Shown: piece by piece, positions 17,046-31,578 of the stretch
Layout: every line of letters starts with the position of its first letter
Numbering within the stretch: the first letter of the stretch is position 1
Assembly (NCBI GenBank): GCA_951406725.2
Contig: OX597818.1
Span: 18,352,001 to 18,416,000, forward strand
Length of the DNA: 64,000 nucleotides
Reading direction: 5' to 3'
DNA from: Octopus vulgaris
Lineage: Eukaryota
Notes under the pieces: model-generated
Seen by the model: only the letters and a program-made list of their open reading frames with translations
Databases searched by the model: none
What the model was told of the DNA's origin: nothing
Translations under genes and position numbers: made by a program

Positions 17046-18600
17046 GATGCGTTTCTTCACTTTTTGGAAGTAGGAATTTTACACCATTAACTAGCCAAGA
17101 GGAAATCACACTAGGTTGTTGCAAAACATCGTTGTAAAGTTTTATCAGCAGTTCATGGCTCTCTGGGAAGGCATTCAACCAGAAGTTAGGAATTTTATCC
17201 TTTCCTGAGACTTCCATTTGCTTGACTTCCTGAGAGCAGATCTTACATCCTGTACCTTGATACCTTCCCATTTTTGCTCTTCCAAGGAATCTAAGTCTGT
17301 AAATATCCTATCAATCCAAGGAGCCTTTTCATTGTGTGTTTTTTCTTCTTGTAAAATTTTATTCCCAAATGCCCGCACTTATTTTGATGGGACATACTCT
17401 ACTGTAACTGGTATTTTCCCTATCTTCCTGTAAAAAGTTTTGGACATGCCATTGCCTTTGAAGAATCTAACACATTTTTCATACCTTGCTATGCGGGCAA
17501 TTTTAGCACATACCTTTTGCTTGATGGTTTCTATTTTGGTATCAATGTCAAATATGGTTTTCATATATTTTTTCTTGGGTTTCTGTGGGTTTGATAGTCT
17601 TGTCAAACTTAAGGTTTTTAAAACATTCTACGTCAGACCCAAGTAGGTGAATTTGGTGTTGAATAGTCTCTTGCCAAGAAAGCTTTATGTGGAAATTTTG
17701 TCGTTTTCTTATCTTTTCATCACGTAGAATCGTCGAGATTTTCGCGGATGCCTTATTCAGGTGGTTGAGATCTGTAATATCAACATCATTATCTGAAATT
17801 ATATCCTTAAGTGCAAGGCGGATTTAAAAAATTATTTTCAGGTTTTGGTTAGAATTACGAATTTTTGGGAGAGTGTCGTGTTCATTCATACTGGTTTCTT
17901 TAATTTTTAGCCATTCAATCATGATTTGATTTTTTAGATCATGTAGTTCTGTTGGGTCAATTTCTGTGTAACTTTCTTGATCTATTTGATTTTCATCTGC
18001 CTTAGTATTTATGGTTGTTTCAGAGAGTATTTCACTTTTCCTATCAGTTACATTAACTCTTTCAATCATTATTGCATTTTTATCAACCTTGGGCTGGTCA
18101 ATAATTATTTCCTCTGTAGTATCTTCTTTAGCTGCAGCTTCGTTCCTTTTATCTCTTACTGATTGTTTCATTTGGTCAGTCTCTAATTCAATTAATAATT
18201 TCTTTTTCATAATGTTTCTTCTAACGTTGGCAAGTTTGTTACTGTCTATGTAGGGTCTTACTTCAATGTGTTTCTGTCTCTAGTTTAAGTAGGTTTGTAC
18301 AGTATTAGATTTATTTGTGAGGAAATATATGGCATGGTAGAAGGCCTTCAGAACTTCTTTATTATCTCCCCTAGACCTTTTTTCACTCTTTTTCTTTTGG
18401 TTATTTGATGACGAGCATGCATGGCCATCTGTTGGAATATTCCAGTTGCGGAGTACTTCGAGCTCCTGGATTTCGGGAAGATTTGAACCAGTAGCTGATA
18501 TTTCGTGTCAAATCTGGTTCATCATTCGACTACAAGGCTCTTTGTGTTCCGGTCGACGACCAATCCGGTTTGTATTTTGCTTTGTTATCACTGAGGCATG
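17046..18600 (-). mobile_element. R4/Dong-type retrotransposon, degraded N-terminal half
   Basis: Translates RPYIDSNKLANVRRNIMKKK, ARIARYEK...FYRKI, WK..GKDKIPNFWL, LLPK (start of RT). Confidence 0.8.
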
Positions 18601-19093
18601 ACAAGCTAAGAAGTTGACATTATGGGACAGATCTGCATATTTAGGGTTAATTTTTTGCGCTAACACGTGTTTTCATATGCGTGTATGTGCGTCCTGTAAA
18701 TTTCACGTAGTTGTGTAAACACTGAGATGTATGTGTAGTGCTATGGGTATCAAAATGTGTATATGATCGTGTAGACATGTGAATGTATGTGTAATTACTC
18801 AATTTATGTACTTACTGTTTTGTTCCATTCATATTTTATAATTTGTAAACTTACCGGTGTTGATTTCGCGTGTGTGTTTCGCACATGTTTCACTGAGTCA
18901 TCGTGCATAGGAGGAACTGTGGTTTGTATGGCAGTAAAATTTCGTTTTGTGATTATTTTACTTAAAAGACCGCTTCCTTCAAGTCTTCCACAGGTTCCTT
19001 TATGCCATTACATCGATGTTATTGGATTAGATTCGTTTTTGAATGGGGAGCCCGGTGTAGCACATCCATGTTGTTATTCAGCGCGGGGCTCTT

Positions 19094-19222
<129 letters not shown>

Positions 19223-19246
19223 CATCATCATTATTATTATTATTAT

Positions 19247-20645
19247 CACCGGTTCCCGATGTCTGATCAGGTGATCGCGCTGAATCATTGTATCCCACAG
19301 GATTTTGCAATTCTCATTTTCCGTGACTCCTTCTGAGATTTGCTTATACCACGTCTTTGCTCTTTGTAGGTCGTGATTTCCACAGAGCTCCCAGTGGATC
19401 ATTCTTGTCACATTATCATGTCGTGCTTTGTATTCGCGTTGTGTCAATTTTAGGTATTCGCTAGCGATGTGCTATACCGTTTCATCCCTCTCTGCGTTTG
19501 TCACTGTCGATAGTGTTGCTGTCTATTCTGCACTTCACATAGTTGGTCCTTAACGCTTGTTCTTGAGCTACGCTTATGGATGCTTCTATCCCTTTCTTCA
19601 GGTCACTGCTCCTCATCCATAGCCACCGGACCAACATATCTGTCTTAGCGTTCATGTCTCTTGCAAACTGATTGTACATTTTTTCTTTCCATGATTTTTC
19701 TTTTTTTGTGTTCATTTCTTGTATAAATTCTTTCTTCATTACACAATTTTCAGTTTTGATGACGTCGGCCTTCGTATGTTTCAACAATGGCTGCACGGCA
19801 TTTTTATATACCACCCTAAGCTGTTTTCCTCTGCTTCGATACAGTCCTGGCAACTGATCAGAGCTCTTCCACCTTTTCGTCTAGAAAAGTACAGCCTAGG
19901 GTGGAAGGCTCCGTGTACTCTCAATATTTTTCTGGTCTTCCTGGTCTTAGTATCCATTTTCATCACTTCTCTTTTTTTGCCATTTTATAATTCCTGCTCC
20001 ATATCGAAGTGATGCTACCACCGACGTATTAGCTGCTTGGAATTTATTCCACCCAATCAATTTTGAGCGCAACACCAACCTCAGTCGTCGGAAATGGGAG
20101 TATTTGTATCCTTCCGTTTCAATTTGTTTAATCAAGTCTCTATTCGGTAATTCTACCCTTGCTAGGGCTTGTACCTTACCTCTTTTTCGGTAAATTATTC
20201 CGCACTTCTTGAGTCCAAATTCTATTCTAATATCAATACTAAATCAGTGGACCGTATTCACCAAGGTACTCACTTCAGCCTGATCCTTGCCGTGCAGTTT
20301 CAAATCATCCATGAGGTGCTTGTTTGTTTGGGACTTTCCTTTTAGTTGGTACACCAGGGTCATTTTCTTAAGTACCAAGATCAGAGGAATCATGCAGAGA
20401 ACAAAAAGCAACGGAGATAAGCTATCACCCTAGAAAATTCCTGTTGTAATATTCAGGGTGTCCAAGCTTTTCCCGTAAGATGTCAGTTCAGTTTTCCACC
20501 TCACCATACTTCTCTTCAGGAAACACGTTGCATTCCTCGCAGTTCCAAATAGATTTAAGTACTCGATGATCCACGCATGTGGAATCATATCACAAGTTTT
20601 GCGACAGTCAATCCAGGCCATTCCCAAATGTGTTTTTCTTCATTT
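19247..20645 (-). mobile_element. R4/Dong-type RT-RLE fragment, degraded
   Basis: MAWIDCRK..D.IPH, GIF.GDSLSP, MDDLKL, AQEQALRTNY, YKARHDNV, ILWD; abuts (TAA)n on the minus strand. Confidence 0.88.
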
Positions 20646-21088
20646 ACAATCTTGCATTAACAAAGCGATGATCTGGCAGAATCGTTAGCGGTATTCGCCT
20701 GTTGTTACGTTCAGAGTTCAAATTCCACCGAGGTCGCCTTTGCCGTTCATTCTTTCGGGTCGATAAATTAAGTACCAGTAAAATTCTGGGGTCGATGTAA
20801 TCGACTAGTCCCCTCATAAATAAATTCATGAATGGATGTTGTTTTCACAGCGATAATGCTCTTCTCAGTACATGAGTCGTTCCAGTTAACACGCTTTTTT
20901 GCACTTCCTATAGGGATGGTAAGCCTGGTATCATTTTCAAATAGGTTTCAGTACCGTTTTTATTATTCCTAGAGATCCTACAATCACTGGTGCTGTAATT
21001 GCCTTGAGATGCCACATTTTTTGAATTTCTATTAGCAAGTCTTCTTCTTCTTCTTCTTCTTCTTCTTCTTCTTCTTCTTCTTCTTCTT

Positions 21089-21245
<157 letters not shown>

Positions 21246-21766
21246 GTAGTAGTAGTAGTAATATTGTTGTTGTTGTCGTTGATGTTCTAGCTTTAGGTTT
21301 TCATCTACAGTATTGGTTTCCTTTTCTGTTAAGTCTAAAATGTGAATAATTCCAACCAAACCAGTGAAAAGATTTTAAAAAGAAATCAGCATAAAATAAA
21401 CAAAACAATGAAAATCCAAACCAGGAAAACAATCAAATATGAAATAAAATGAAAAATAATATTGAACGAGAGACAGATAGAAAGAAAGAGAAATGAATAA
21501 ACGAACGAATGAAAATCTAAAATCTAAATACGACGATTTGAGGAATTATAACATCCATTGTCAATCACTTCATTTCTTTCTTTCTTTTTTTTTTTTCAAT
21601 TCTGAGGTGATGAGGTGGGTGGCTATTAATTGTATGCTTCGGCGAATTAAAACCTGAAGGTAAATCCGTATCAGCGTCTCCCTATTTCAAAGAATCAGTT
21701 TAGAAATATTATTGTTTGTGATATAACAATTGTAATTGTTACTGTTCAATGGCAAACACACACACG

Positions 21767-21885
<119 letters not shown>

Positions 21886-23903
21886 CATACACACATATAC
21901 AAATGCGTGAGTGTATATATATATTCACGCAAACACAACTTAAGAACGACATTTTATCGCGTTTTCATAATATACTAAATGGATTGTCTCTCTAGCTTTC
22001 TTGTTTCTTATTTCCTTTCATATTTTCTTTCTTTTTTCCCTCCTTTCTTTAACAATTAATTTCCTTCACTTCATGTCAATTTTAGGAGATAAAAATAAAA
22101 AATAAAAAATAAAATTAAAGATAAAATAAAATGTCTACATACACAATAAGCAAACAATACACCTGCAAACACACACACACACATACAATTGCACACCTAC
22201 ATATACATACAGGCTGAGATTCATAGCCGCTCCTGTACACTCCTACACGTTCGAAATATCATAGCAACAAACCGAAAACTAATTTGGAAACTGAAAAATA
22301 TATTCCATAATATAAAGTTTTTAATGTATTTACTTTTAAAATTAACGGTTAGGCGATGAATTAAAAGGATAAAGCGTAGAAGAAAATACAAAACAACAGA
22401 CAATTAAGAACAATTTAGAACGTAGAAAACATATTAGTCATTCAAATACGCATAAAAAATTATTAGCTTCATTTAAGCATTTTTTTTATTTGGTGTCAAA
22501 ATGTCTAAGCGAAGTTGAGATTTTGTGTGTTTTTAAATGTTTAATACGTATTTTCTTAGGTGGAATTGTTCATAATTATCTGTTGTGTCAGTGACCAGGT
22601 CGCGATTAGTGCGATGAAAAATTTTAATGCAAATAATAAATGTTTAAATGAAGTCAACAGATTTTGTTAGCTTTTGAATGCCTACTAATGTGTACCTTCG
22701 TCGCAGTAATTGTTTTACTATCACCGAATGGCCTCAGATCAAATCACTTGCCAATAAAGAACATCCTCCAAAAATAATTATGAAATTTCGTAATAACGAT
22801 GATGATAATAATAATAATAATGGTTTCAATTGTTGGCACAAGGCTAGCAATTTTGGGGGCAGGAATAAGTCGAATACATCGGCCTTAGTGCTCGACTGGC
22901 ACTTATTTTATCGATACCGAAAGGATGAAAGTTAAAGTCGACCTTGGCGGTATTGAACCTAGACCTAAAGACGAACGAAATGCTGCTAAGTATTTTAACT
23001 AGCGTGCTAACGCTTCTGCCAGCTCGCCGCTCAAATAATGATGATAATAATAATTATTTCTAATTTTTGCCATAAGGGCAGCTGGGGGGAGGTTGGCAAG
23101 ATATATAAAACATTCCATGAATAAGCGGCAGACGGTGCTACAGCTCCAGACAAAAGAGGGACTCATAAAACCCAAAGCCATCCCCATTAGAAGAGGAATA
23201 TTCCAAGGAGACACATTCTCTCCACTCCTTTTCTGCTTGGCACTGACACCTTTATCTGATATGCTAAACAGAACTGGATGTGGATAAAACTGTTACGGTA
23301 AAACAATCAGCCATCTCTTATATATGGATGATATAAAACTGTACGCTACAAATGTTAAACAGCTGGAAACATTACTACAGGCAGTACATGGATTTACCAA
23401 AGAAATAAATACGAAATTTGGCTTAGAAAAATGTGCCAAAGCAACCTTGAAAAGAGGAAAACTAGTTAATAGTAGCAACATTACACTAGATAAAGCAAAT
23501 GAAATGAGAGAATTAGACCAAAGCCAGACATACAAATACTTAGGAATCAATGAACCAGATACGATACAACAGACACAAATGAAAGAGAAGATGGGAAAAG
23601 AATGCTATAGACGAATTAGATTAATATTGAAAACAGAGCTCAAAGCGAAAAAATAAGATAATAGGTATCAATACTCTAGCCGCCCCAGTTATAAGTTACA
23701 GCTACAATATTCTTAACTGGTCTCTAAATTACCTAATCAGGGAAACAAGCAAAATAATGACAGGATTTAGGATGCACTATCCAAAATCTGATATAGAAAG
23801 GTTACACAATTCTATATTTAAGAAATGAGGAATTATGTATATTATTTACATTATTTACATTATTTAGATTTGACGGATATTTATCCTCATCTTGTTTGTT
23901 GTT

Positions 23904-23949
23904 AACACAACGTTTCGGTTTATATACCCTCCAGCCTTCATCAGGTGTT
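23904..23949 (-). ncRNA. Minimal type I hammerhead motif (stem II partly mutated)
   Basis: aacac CTGATGA a ggctg-gagggtatat-aaacc GAAAC GTT gtgtt. Confidence 0.7.
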
Positions 23950-23996
23950 TTGGGGAAATTTCGAACCTGGGTTCTCATTCCTAAGGTATTTTTCGA

Positions 23997-24032
<36 letters not shown>

Positions 24033-24135
24033 CATCATCATTATTATGATTATTATTCAGGTCACTGCTTGGAATCGAACTCGGAATCTTGGGGTTAGTA
24101 GCCCGCGCTCTTAACCACTACACCATATGCCAGTG

Positions 24136-24181
24136 GACACCTGATGAAGGCTGGAGAGAATATCAGCCGAAACGTTGTGTT
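24136..24181 (+). ncRNA. Minimal type I hammerhead ribozyme motif
   Basis: gacac CTGATGA a GGCTG-gagagaatat-CAGCC GAAAC GTT gtgtt; loop-less palindromic stem III (ACGT); predicted cut after 24176. Confidence 0.8.
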
Positions 24182-25081
24182 AACAACAAACAAGATGAGG
24201 ACAAATATCCGTCAAATGTAAATAATGTAAATAATGTATAGAAAGGTTATATTAATACAACGTATCGAAGGTGGTAGATGCCTTATCCAGCTAGAAAACC
24301 ATTACAAAATAGCCACCATATGTCTACAGCAAGGAAAACTAATACAAATAGGTATAAAACATGAACAAAACAAAATAAAAAGTGTTGCCAGTCTTTAAGG
24401 AAACTGACAAATATAAAAAAAAAGAAGTCATAGTACCTAACTACTATGAAGAAAAAGAAGAAACAACGAAAGCTGTAAAACAACTGAAACAGCAGAAGCT
24501 CCCACCAACGTTATATAGAATCTCAGCGTCTATTCAGGCAATTAATAATTACAAAAACAGTATTAATACCCAAAAGGTCATCTTCGTTTCCAACTTAACG
24601 TGGAGGTTGTATTTATGCTCCAAAATGATGTTTGTCCCCTAAAGTAAGATATGGTACTTATTTCTTTACTACCCACAAGGGGCTAAACACAGAGGGACAA
24701 ACAAGGACAGACAAATGGATTAAGTCGATTACATCGACCCTAGTGCGTAACTGGTACTTATTTAATCAACCCCGAAAGGATGAAAGGCAAAGTCGATCTC
24801 GGCGGAATTTGAACTCAGAATGTCGTGGCAGACGAAATACCGTTAGACATTTCGCCCGGCGTGCTAACGATTCTGCCAGCTCGCCTCGAAGCAAGATATG
24901 GTACCTCCTTAGGCCGGAAATACTCTCCAAATTAAAAGCTATTGGTGTCTTTGTTCTATGAAACTTATGTCTAAAGCCATCGAGCCACACTCGTCACATA
25001 AGAAAAAAGACGAAATATCAGCTGCAACTTAAGTAACAAACTTTTATGAAACGTTAACCACTTTATTATATCGTACAAAAA

Positions 25082-25157
<76 letters not shown>

Positions 25158-26677
25158 GAGAAAGAGACAGAAAGAGACAGAAAGAGAGAAAATGAGAAAG
25201 AGAGACTATATCCTCAGTATTATCTAGTTGATATATGCATTGGGTAATATGCTGTCATTTCTGCTTGCGAGAAAAACTGAGATTAAATTGCATAAACATG
25301 CAAAGAATCAGTTATGTGACATGCTCAGGTTACTATGTGTTATATCTGTCTAGACAGACAAATAGATCAAAGCGAACTACCTAAGTATCGTATTCAGAAT
25401 GCTACAGCTGCTGATAATGATGCTGATTCGATGGCAATTACCAACGTATATTTGCGGTTAAACTCTATGGCCATATTCCAAAGAACAAGTATTTTTTTGC
25501 CAATTGAATAGAAAGAAGGCAGAAAATGAGAGGAAGCCAAAGAATATCTGATCTTCTTTTGACAAATTTGTTATGAGATATTCTACGCGACAAGAAAGAA
25601 AGTTGAACATAACTTTGATTATTTCGGGAAATCAAATGATGTGGTTGCCCATTCTGGAGTCACAAAATTTCTTAAGATGTTTAGTATTTAAACTTCTACC
25701 TTTTACTTGTTTCGGACATTGAACTGCTCCCATGCTGGGACACTGTCTTGAATGGTTTTATTCTTTTGTTTTAAAGTTTGTTACTCTATCGGTGTCTTAG
25801 GCTGAACCGCCAAGTAATAGGAACGTAAATAAACCAACACCCGTTGTCAAGTGGTGTGGGCTGGGAAACAAACATAGACATGAACAAACGCACACATACA
25901 AACACAGACACACACACACAATCACACACACGCAGACACACACCCAGACACACACACACACATGCACGCACACACACACACATAGACACACACACACACA
26001 CACATACACACGACGGACTTCCACACAGTTTTCTCCTACCAAATTCACTCACATGGCATTAGTCAGTCCAGAGCTATAGCAGCGAGTTCCTTAACTAGAT
26101 AGCAATACATACAATTTGATTTAATCGGTTTTGTCATCTAAGTAAAAAGGAATAAAAATATTTATTCCTTATTCTTTAATTTGTGTTAGTCATTTGATTG
26201 ACAAACACACACATACACACGTACGACGGGCTTCTTCCAGTTTTAAACGGTCGCTTGACCGTATATATTTGCACTCAGAATTCCTTCGGATCACTCATCA
26301 ACCTTTTAAATTGCAAAAGGCTACGTTATTTAATGTCCTTACATAATGCTTGAAGAAGGGAATAAAAGTAAAAGATGGGGTTGACAGTGTTGGAACGCTT
26401 TTGATCATCTGACTTTCCGATCAGAACTGACGGGAGACTAGCAAACGACAACCATTTCTTACATATACAATTTACTAAGGATCAAAAAGAAATCAAATGT
26501 CTTATTCGATAGGCATAGATATGGCTGTGTGGTTAAGAAGTTCGTTTGGTAACTTCGTAGTTTCGGGTTCAGTTCCACTGCGAAGCACCTCGAGCAACTG
26601 TTTTCTGCTTAGCTCCAGGTGGATCAAAACCTTGTGAATGGATTTACTAGACGGAAACTGTGGAAGCACGGCATAAG

Positions 26678-26710
<33 letters not shown>

Positions 26711-27124
26711 ATATTCCTTATCGAGCCATGTCCGGCTCATGAGAGCCGGTTTCCCGGTTTTATTAGCGTAAAAGTTTCCCACCTGGACGGGACGCCGGTC
26801 CGTCGCAGGTGAGCTGCTAGATACAAGAGGAAAGAGTGAGAGAAACTTGTGGCGAAAGAGTCAGCAGCACCATTACCTTCTGCCGGAACCGTGTGGAACT
26901 TAGGTTTTTCGCTCATATGCACACACATCGCCAAGTCTGAGAATTCACAATCCTTCGAACGCGAGTCTGCTGCTCTAACCACTAGGCCATGAGCCTCCAT
27001 ATATATATATATACGAATGTATTTATACATATATACACCCACATATGTGTCTTTGTGTTTGTTCCTATTGTAGCTTGTCAACGTGTGTTAGTGTGTTTAT
27101 GTCCCGTAACTTCGGCAGAAGAAA

Positions 27125-27785
27125 TACGTTACTGAAACTCATGAAATGCTCCAAAGTGCTTTATGGATGAAGTTTTTCACTGGCGCAAGAAGTTAAGGAC
27201 TGCAGAGAAGAGGGGTGAGATAGTGAGAGGTGTGGGAAGGAGGGAGTGAGAAAACATCAGAGCTGGTTGAGAAAATTTCCAAGTTTCTCGATGAAGGCCG
27301 ACGTGTTTCTATAAACCGAATAAACATACAGTTTGTTGTTGCTGGAGCAATTGTACATAGAATTATTCATGAAGATCTTAACATGTGTAAAATTGTGCAA
27401 AATTTATTCCCAAGCTGCTGGTTACCAGGACGACGCCACGACATCCTGGTAACCAACTACTTGACAGAGATGGGCAACAAAACTATCTCTCACCCTCCTA
27501 CAGTCCAGATATTGCTTCCCTGTGACTTTTAGTTGTTCTTCACACGGAAGGAGAACCCCAGGGACAGTCGTTTTGAAGACATTGAGATGATAGATGCTGT
27601 GATAACGGTCCTGGACACCTTCACATTGAAGGACTTGCATGGAGTCTTTACGACGTGGTCGGGACGTTACAATAAGTGTATCGAAGTCAGAAGATGCTAC
27701 TTCGAAGCAGATTAGAGTTTTGTACTCCTTTAAAACTATCAAATATCTCTCCTGAAATAATCTGAAATCTCCTGGGATGCACCTT
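27125..27785 (+). mobile_element. Mariner remnant, internally deleted
   Basis: TETHEMLQSA, VHRIIHEDLNMCK, HPP...PCDF, RYNKCIEV..CYFE motifs. Confidence 0.75.
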
Positions 27786-29202
27786 TTATTTGCCCTTATT
27801 TATCCTGTAAAAAGATCGAGTTATCCTCTGTCACAATACCAAAAGTTTGAGTAACACGTTATTCAGGATTTCATAGCGGTGAGAAGTAAACGCTCATTAT
27901 TCATGGTATATGTAGCCGTCGTACTGGCAGAATTGTTAGAGCGTTGTAAAATATATCAAAGTTAATTGTTCCACATCATTGCGTTTTGAGTTCAAGTTTT
28001 TATTTACCTTTTACCCTTTCGGGACCAATAAAATAAAGTACAAGTCAAGTACTGGGATCGATGGAATCGACTATTAGCCACTTTCAAATTACTAGCCATG
28101 CGCCTGAATTGGAAGCCATTATTTCCTGAATCGGAGCCAAATTTTAATGATGACACCAATGAATTTTATGCGGAGAATGCTGTTGATGTTCTCTTTAACA
28201 TACCGATTAAGTGCCAAGTTAGGCATTTGACAACATCATAAAATGTTTTGATGATAATGATGCAGTTCATTGAATTTATTTCCTCGATGGCTCTAGAGGT
28301 TTTGGTAAAACATACTGTCCTCTTGTACTCATTATTGTAACAATTGTTTCGGGAAATTCTCAGACAATAAAAAACGTTACATTGAATATAACAGATGATG
28401 CTCCCAGTAAAATAGGTATTTGAAAACCATAAGAAACAACAAGTACTTCAATGACAAGCTTCTTCTGGGTGGAAACGTCCCTCACACAAAATGCATAGAA
28501 TGCATAAGAGGCTTCAATACAGACCTAACAGAAATATAAGAGTATATATAAACAGTAATTGAATCGGTGACGCTGGGCAAACTGTATATTATCTCAGAGA
28601 ATTTGTGAACAAACTTACTCTTCAGGATTACTTCCTCATGAGCCAACACTAAATGTATTGTTCATTTATAATGTTCATGAAATTCTAGAAAAAGTTTACT
28701 GAACGATACTAGAGAGATTTTTAGCTTTCGATGTTTAGAAATCCATTGCATCAATGTAAATATTAGAGCAAGCAGCAGAAACGAACACAATGAGATAATT
28801 CGCTTTTATCTGCATTATTTAATATGACTGTTACTAACCCTTAAGTTCAAAGATTTGTTCATCATCCTTAAAACAAACCTTATTCAAGTGGGATTGGCTA
28901 CTCGACCTGACAAAAGTTCTAGCTGGGCCTAATCTGCAAAGTCATGCGCGGTTTATCTTGGTATAGGATCAGCTTCCGGTAACCTGCCTATGAAGTCTAT
29001 CTAAGTTGACTTTGCACATGAACTCGGTGTAGCTAACGATTTTAAGAAGTGGACAAATTATACTATCCTTATCTCCCGACCTACAGAATACTCTAGATAC
29101 GACCTCATGCAGTTCGGCCATGTCCACACAGGCACATTCGAGAAATAAAGTCAGTACCGGTCAGACAGTTGAAAACGTCTAACCGGTAATGACTTGTTAA
29201 CT

Positions 29203-29289
29203 AAATAAGCCAGTTTACCAACTAATAAAACAAAACATATTACAGAAAACTTGCGAGCCACGACCTAGCGTCCACTCCTTCTAATCACC
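29203..29289 (+). repeat. 87-bp direct repeat, copy 1 (copy 2 at 31734-31820)
   Basis: Identical aaataagccagtttacc...ctaatcacc, each copy followed by (AAT)n. Confidence 0.95.
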
Positions 29290-29402
<113 letters not shown>

Positions 29403-29442
29403 TAATAATAATAATGATAATAATAATAATAATAATTTACTG

Positions 29443-31578
29443 CAGTGATATCACAAAGGCTGAACAAGCACCTGGACGAAAACAAACTGTTCCCAGAAGA
29501 GCAGAAAGGATGCCGCAAAGGCTCATATGGCTGTAAAGATCAACTAATGATTAATAAAGCCATAACTGAAGACAGCCACAGAAAGAAGAAAGGCCTCAGT
29601 ATGGCCTGGATTGACTACAAAAAGGCGTTTGATAGCATCCCCCACACATGGATCCTCGAAACACTAGCCATTAACAAAGTAGCACCAACAATCATAAAAT
29701 TCATAGAGCACTCTATGAATAAATGGCAAACAGTCCTACACCTCCAAACAAAAGAGGGACTCATGAAAACCAAAGACATCCCCATTAAAAGAGGAATATT
29801 CCAGGGAGACACGCTCTCTCCACTCCTTTTCTGCTTGGCACTGTCACCTCTATCTGATATGCTAAATAGAACTGGATGCGGATATAAATGTTACGGCAAA
29901 ACGATCAGCCACCTTTTATATATGGATGACCTAAAACTATACGCTGCAAATGACAAACAGCTGGAAACACTATTAAAGACAGTTCATGGATTTACCAAAG
30001 AAATAGATATGAAATTTGGATTAGAAAAATGCGCCAAAGTAACCATGAAAAGAGGAAAACTAGTTAAGAGTAACAACATCACACTAGATAAAACCAATGA
30101 AATAAAAGAATTAGACCAAAGCCAAACTTACAAATACTTAGGAATCCATGAACTAGATAAGACACAACACACACAAATGAAAGAGAAAATAAAAAAAGAA
30201 TATTATAGACGAGTTAGATCAATACTAAACACAGAGCTCAATGCTAAAAACAAGATAATAGGTATCAACACTTTAGCTGTCCCAGTTATAAGTTACAGCT
30301 ACAATATCCTTAACTGGACACGAAATGAACTGACCAAAATAGATAGGAAAACAAGAAAAATAATGACAGGATCTAGGATGCATCACCCAAAATCTGACAT
30401 AGAAAGACTATATATACAACGTATAGAAGGTGGTAGAGGCCTTATACAGCTTGAAAGCTACTATAAAATAACCACCATAGGACTGCAAAAATATCTACTT
30501 CAGAAGGAAGGAAAACTGATCCAGATAGCGGCAAAACACGAGCAAAACAAAAAACTGTTCTCAGTATTTAAGGAAGCTGACAATTACAAACAAGAAATCA
30601 TACCACCTAATAAACATGAAGAAGAAGAAGAAGATGAAGAAACAACAAAAGCTATAAAACAAATGAAATCCAAACTAAAAACAGAACAGCAACGAACCAT
30701 GATAAAACGATGGCAAGAAAAGCCCCTTCATGGTAAATACTGGACTAAACTAAACGCAAAAGAAATAGACAAAGAAAAATCCCAGCAATGGTTGAGAAGC
30801 TCAGGACTCAAAGCAGAAACAGAGGGATTTTTAATTGCAGCACAAGACCAAAGCCTCCCCACCAGAAATTACCAAAAACATGTAATGAAAAGAAATATTA
30901 CAAGTAACTGCAGAATATGTGGAGATGGACAAGAAACAATAAATCATATTATCTCTAGCTGCCCAGTCCTGGCTAAGAAGGAATATATTCACAGACATGA
31001 CAGAGTTGGAACCTACATACATTGGAAGCTATGCCAACATTATGGAATAACAACAGAAAAAAGATGGTATAGGCACACACCAGAAAAGGTCACAGAAAAC
31101 GAGAAAGCAACCATACTCTGGGATATGCCGATACACACAGATAGAGAAATTAAGGCCAACAGACCAGATATAGTTGTCAGAGATCATGAAGGAAAAAAAT
31201 GCTTTTTAATTGATGTATCAATACCGGCAGATGACAACGTGTCTCTAAAAGAAATGGAGAAACTCTCAAAATACAAAGACCTGGAAATAGAGGTAACTAG
31301 AATGTGGAATCTGAAAACAGAAACAATTCCTATCATAGTAGGTGCATTAGGCATGATAAAAAAATATTCAGACAAATACATAACAAAAACACCAAGACTT
31401 ACAAACACATATAACATACAGAAAATTGCACTACTAGGCACTGCCCACATCCTACGCAGAACACTTTCCATACAATAACCATCAGAGCATCACAACAAAT
31501 CACAGCACATACCCAAGGCACACAGAGCTGCGCTCGGTAGTGAAGTGAAAGCACGCTATAAAAATAAAAATAAAACTA

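Larger units (their letters stand above)
23805..24236 (-). mobile_element. tRNA-headed SINE with hammerhead-containing tail plus inverted tail copy; 13-bp TSD
   Basis: TSD tatagaaaggtta at 23792-23804 and 24237-24249; A box 24115-24125 and B box 24071-24082 on minus; internal (TAA)n; ~100-bp inverted repeat 23845-23948 / 24137-24238. Confidence 0.85.
23098..24500 (+). mobile_element. R4/Dong-type RT fragment (same family as 29443-31582), interrupted at 23805-24236
   Basis: Colinear with about 29695-30690 (RGIFQGDTFSPLLF, MDDIKLY, YKYLG), with stop codons. Confidence 0.9.

Noticed and set aside
19020-19092. Possible HDV-like ribozyme on the minus strand (GAGCCC/GGGCUC, UGGAU/AUCCA)
   Set aside because: L3 is too short, there is no GG for P1.1, and (TAA)n polarity suggests a plus-strand 3' end instead.
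24060-24131. tRNA genes at SINE heads (also 16430-16505 and 155-227)
   Set aside because: A/B boxes are present but there is no proper acceptor stem or T-run terminator; they continue into repeat bodies.
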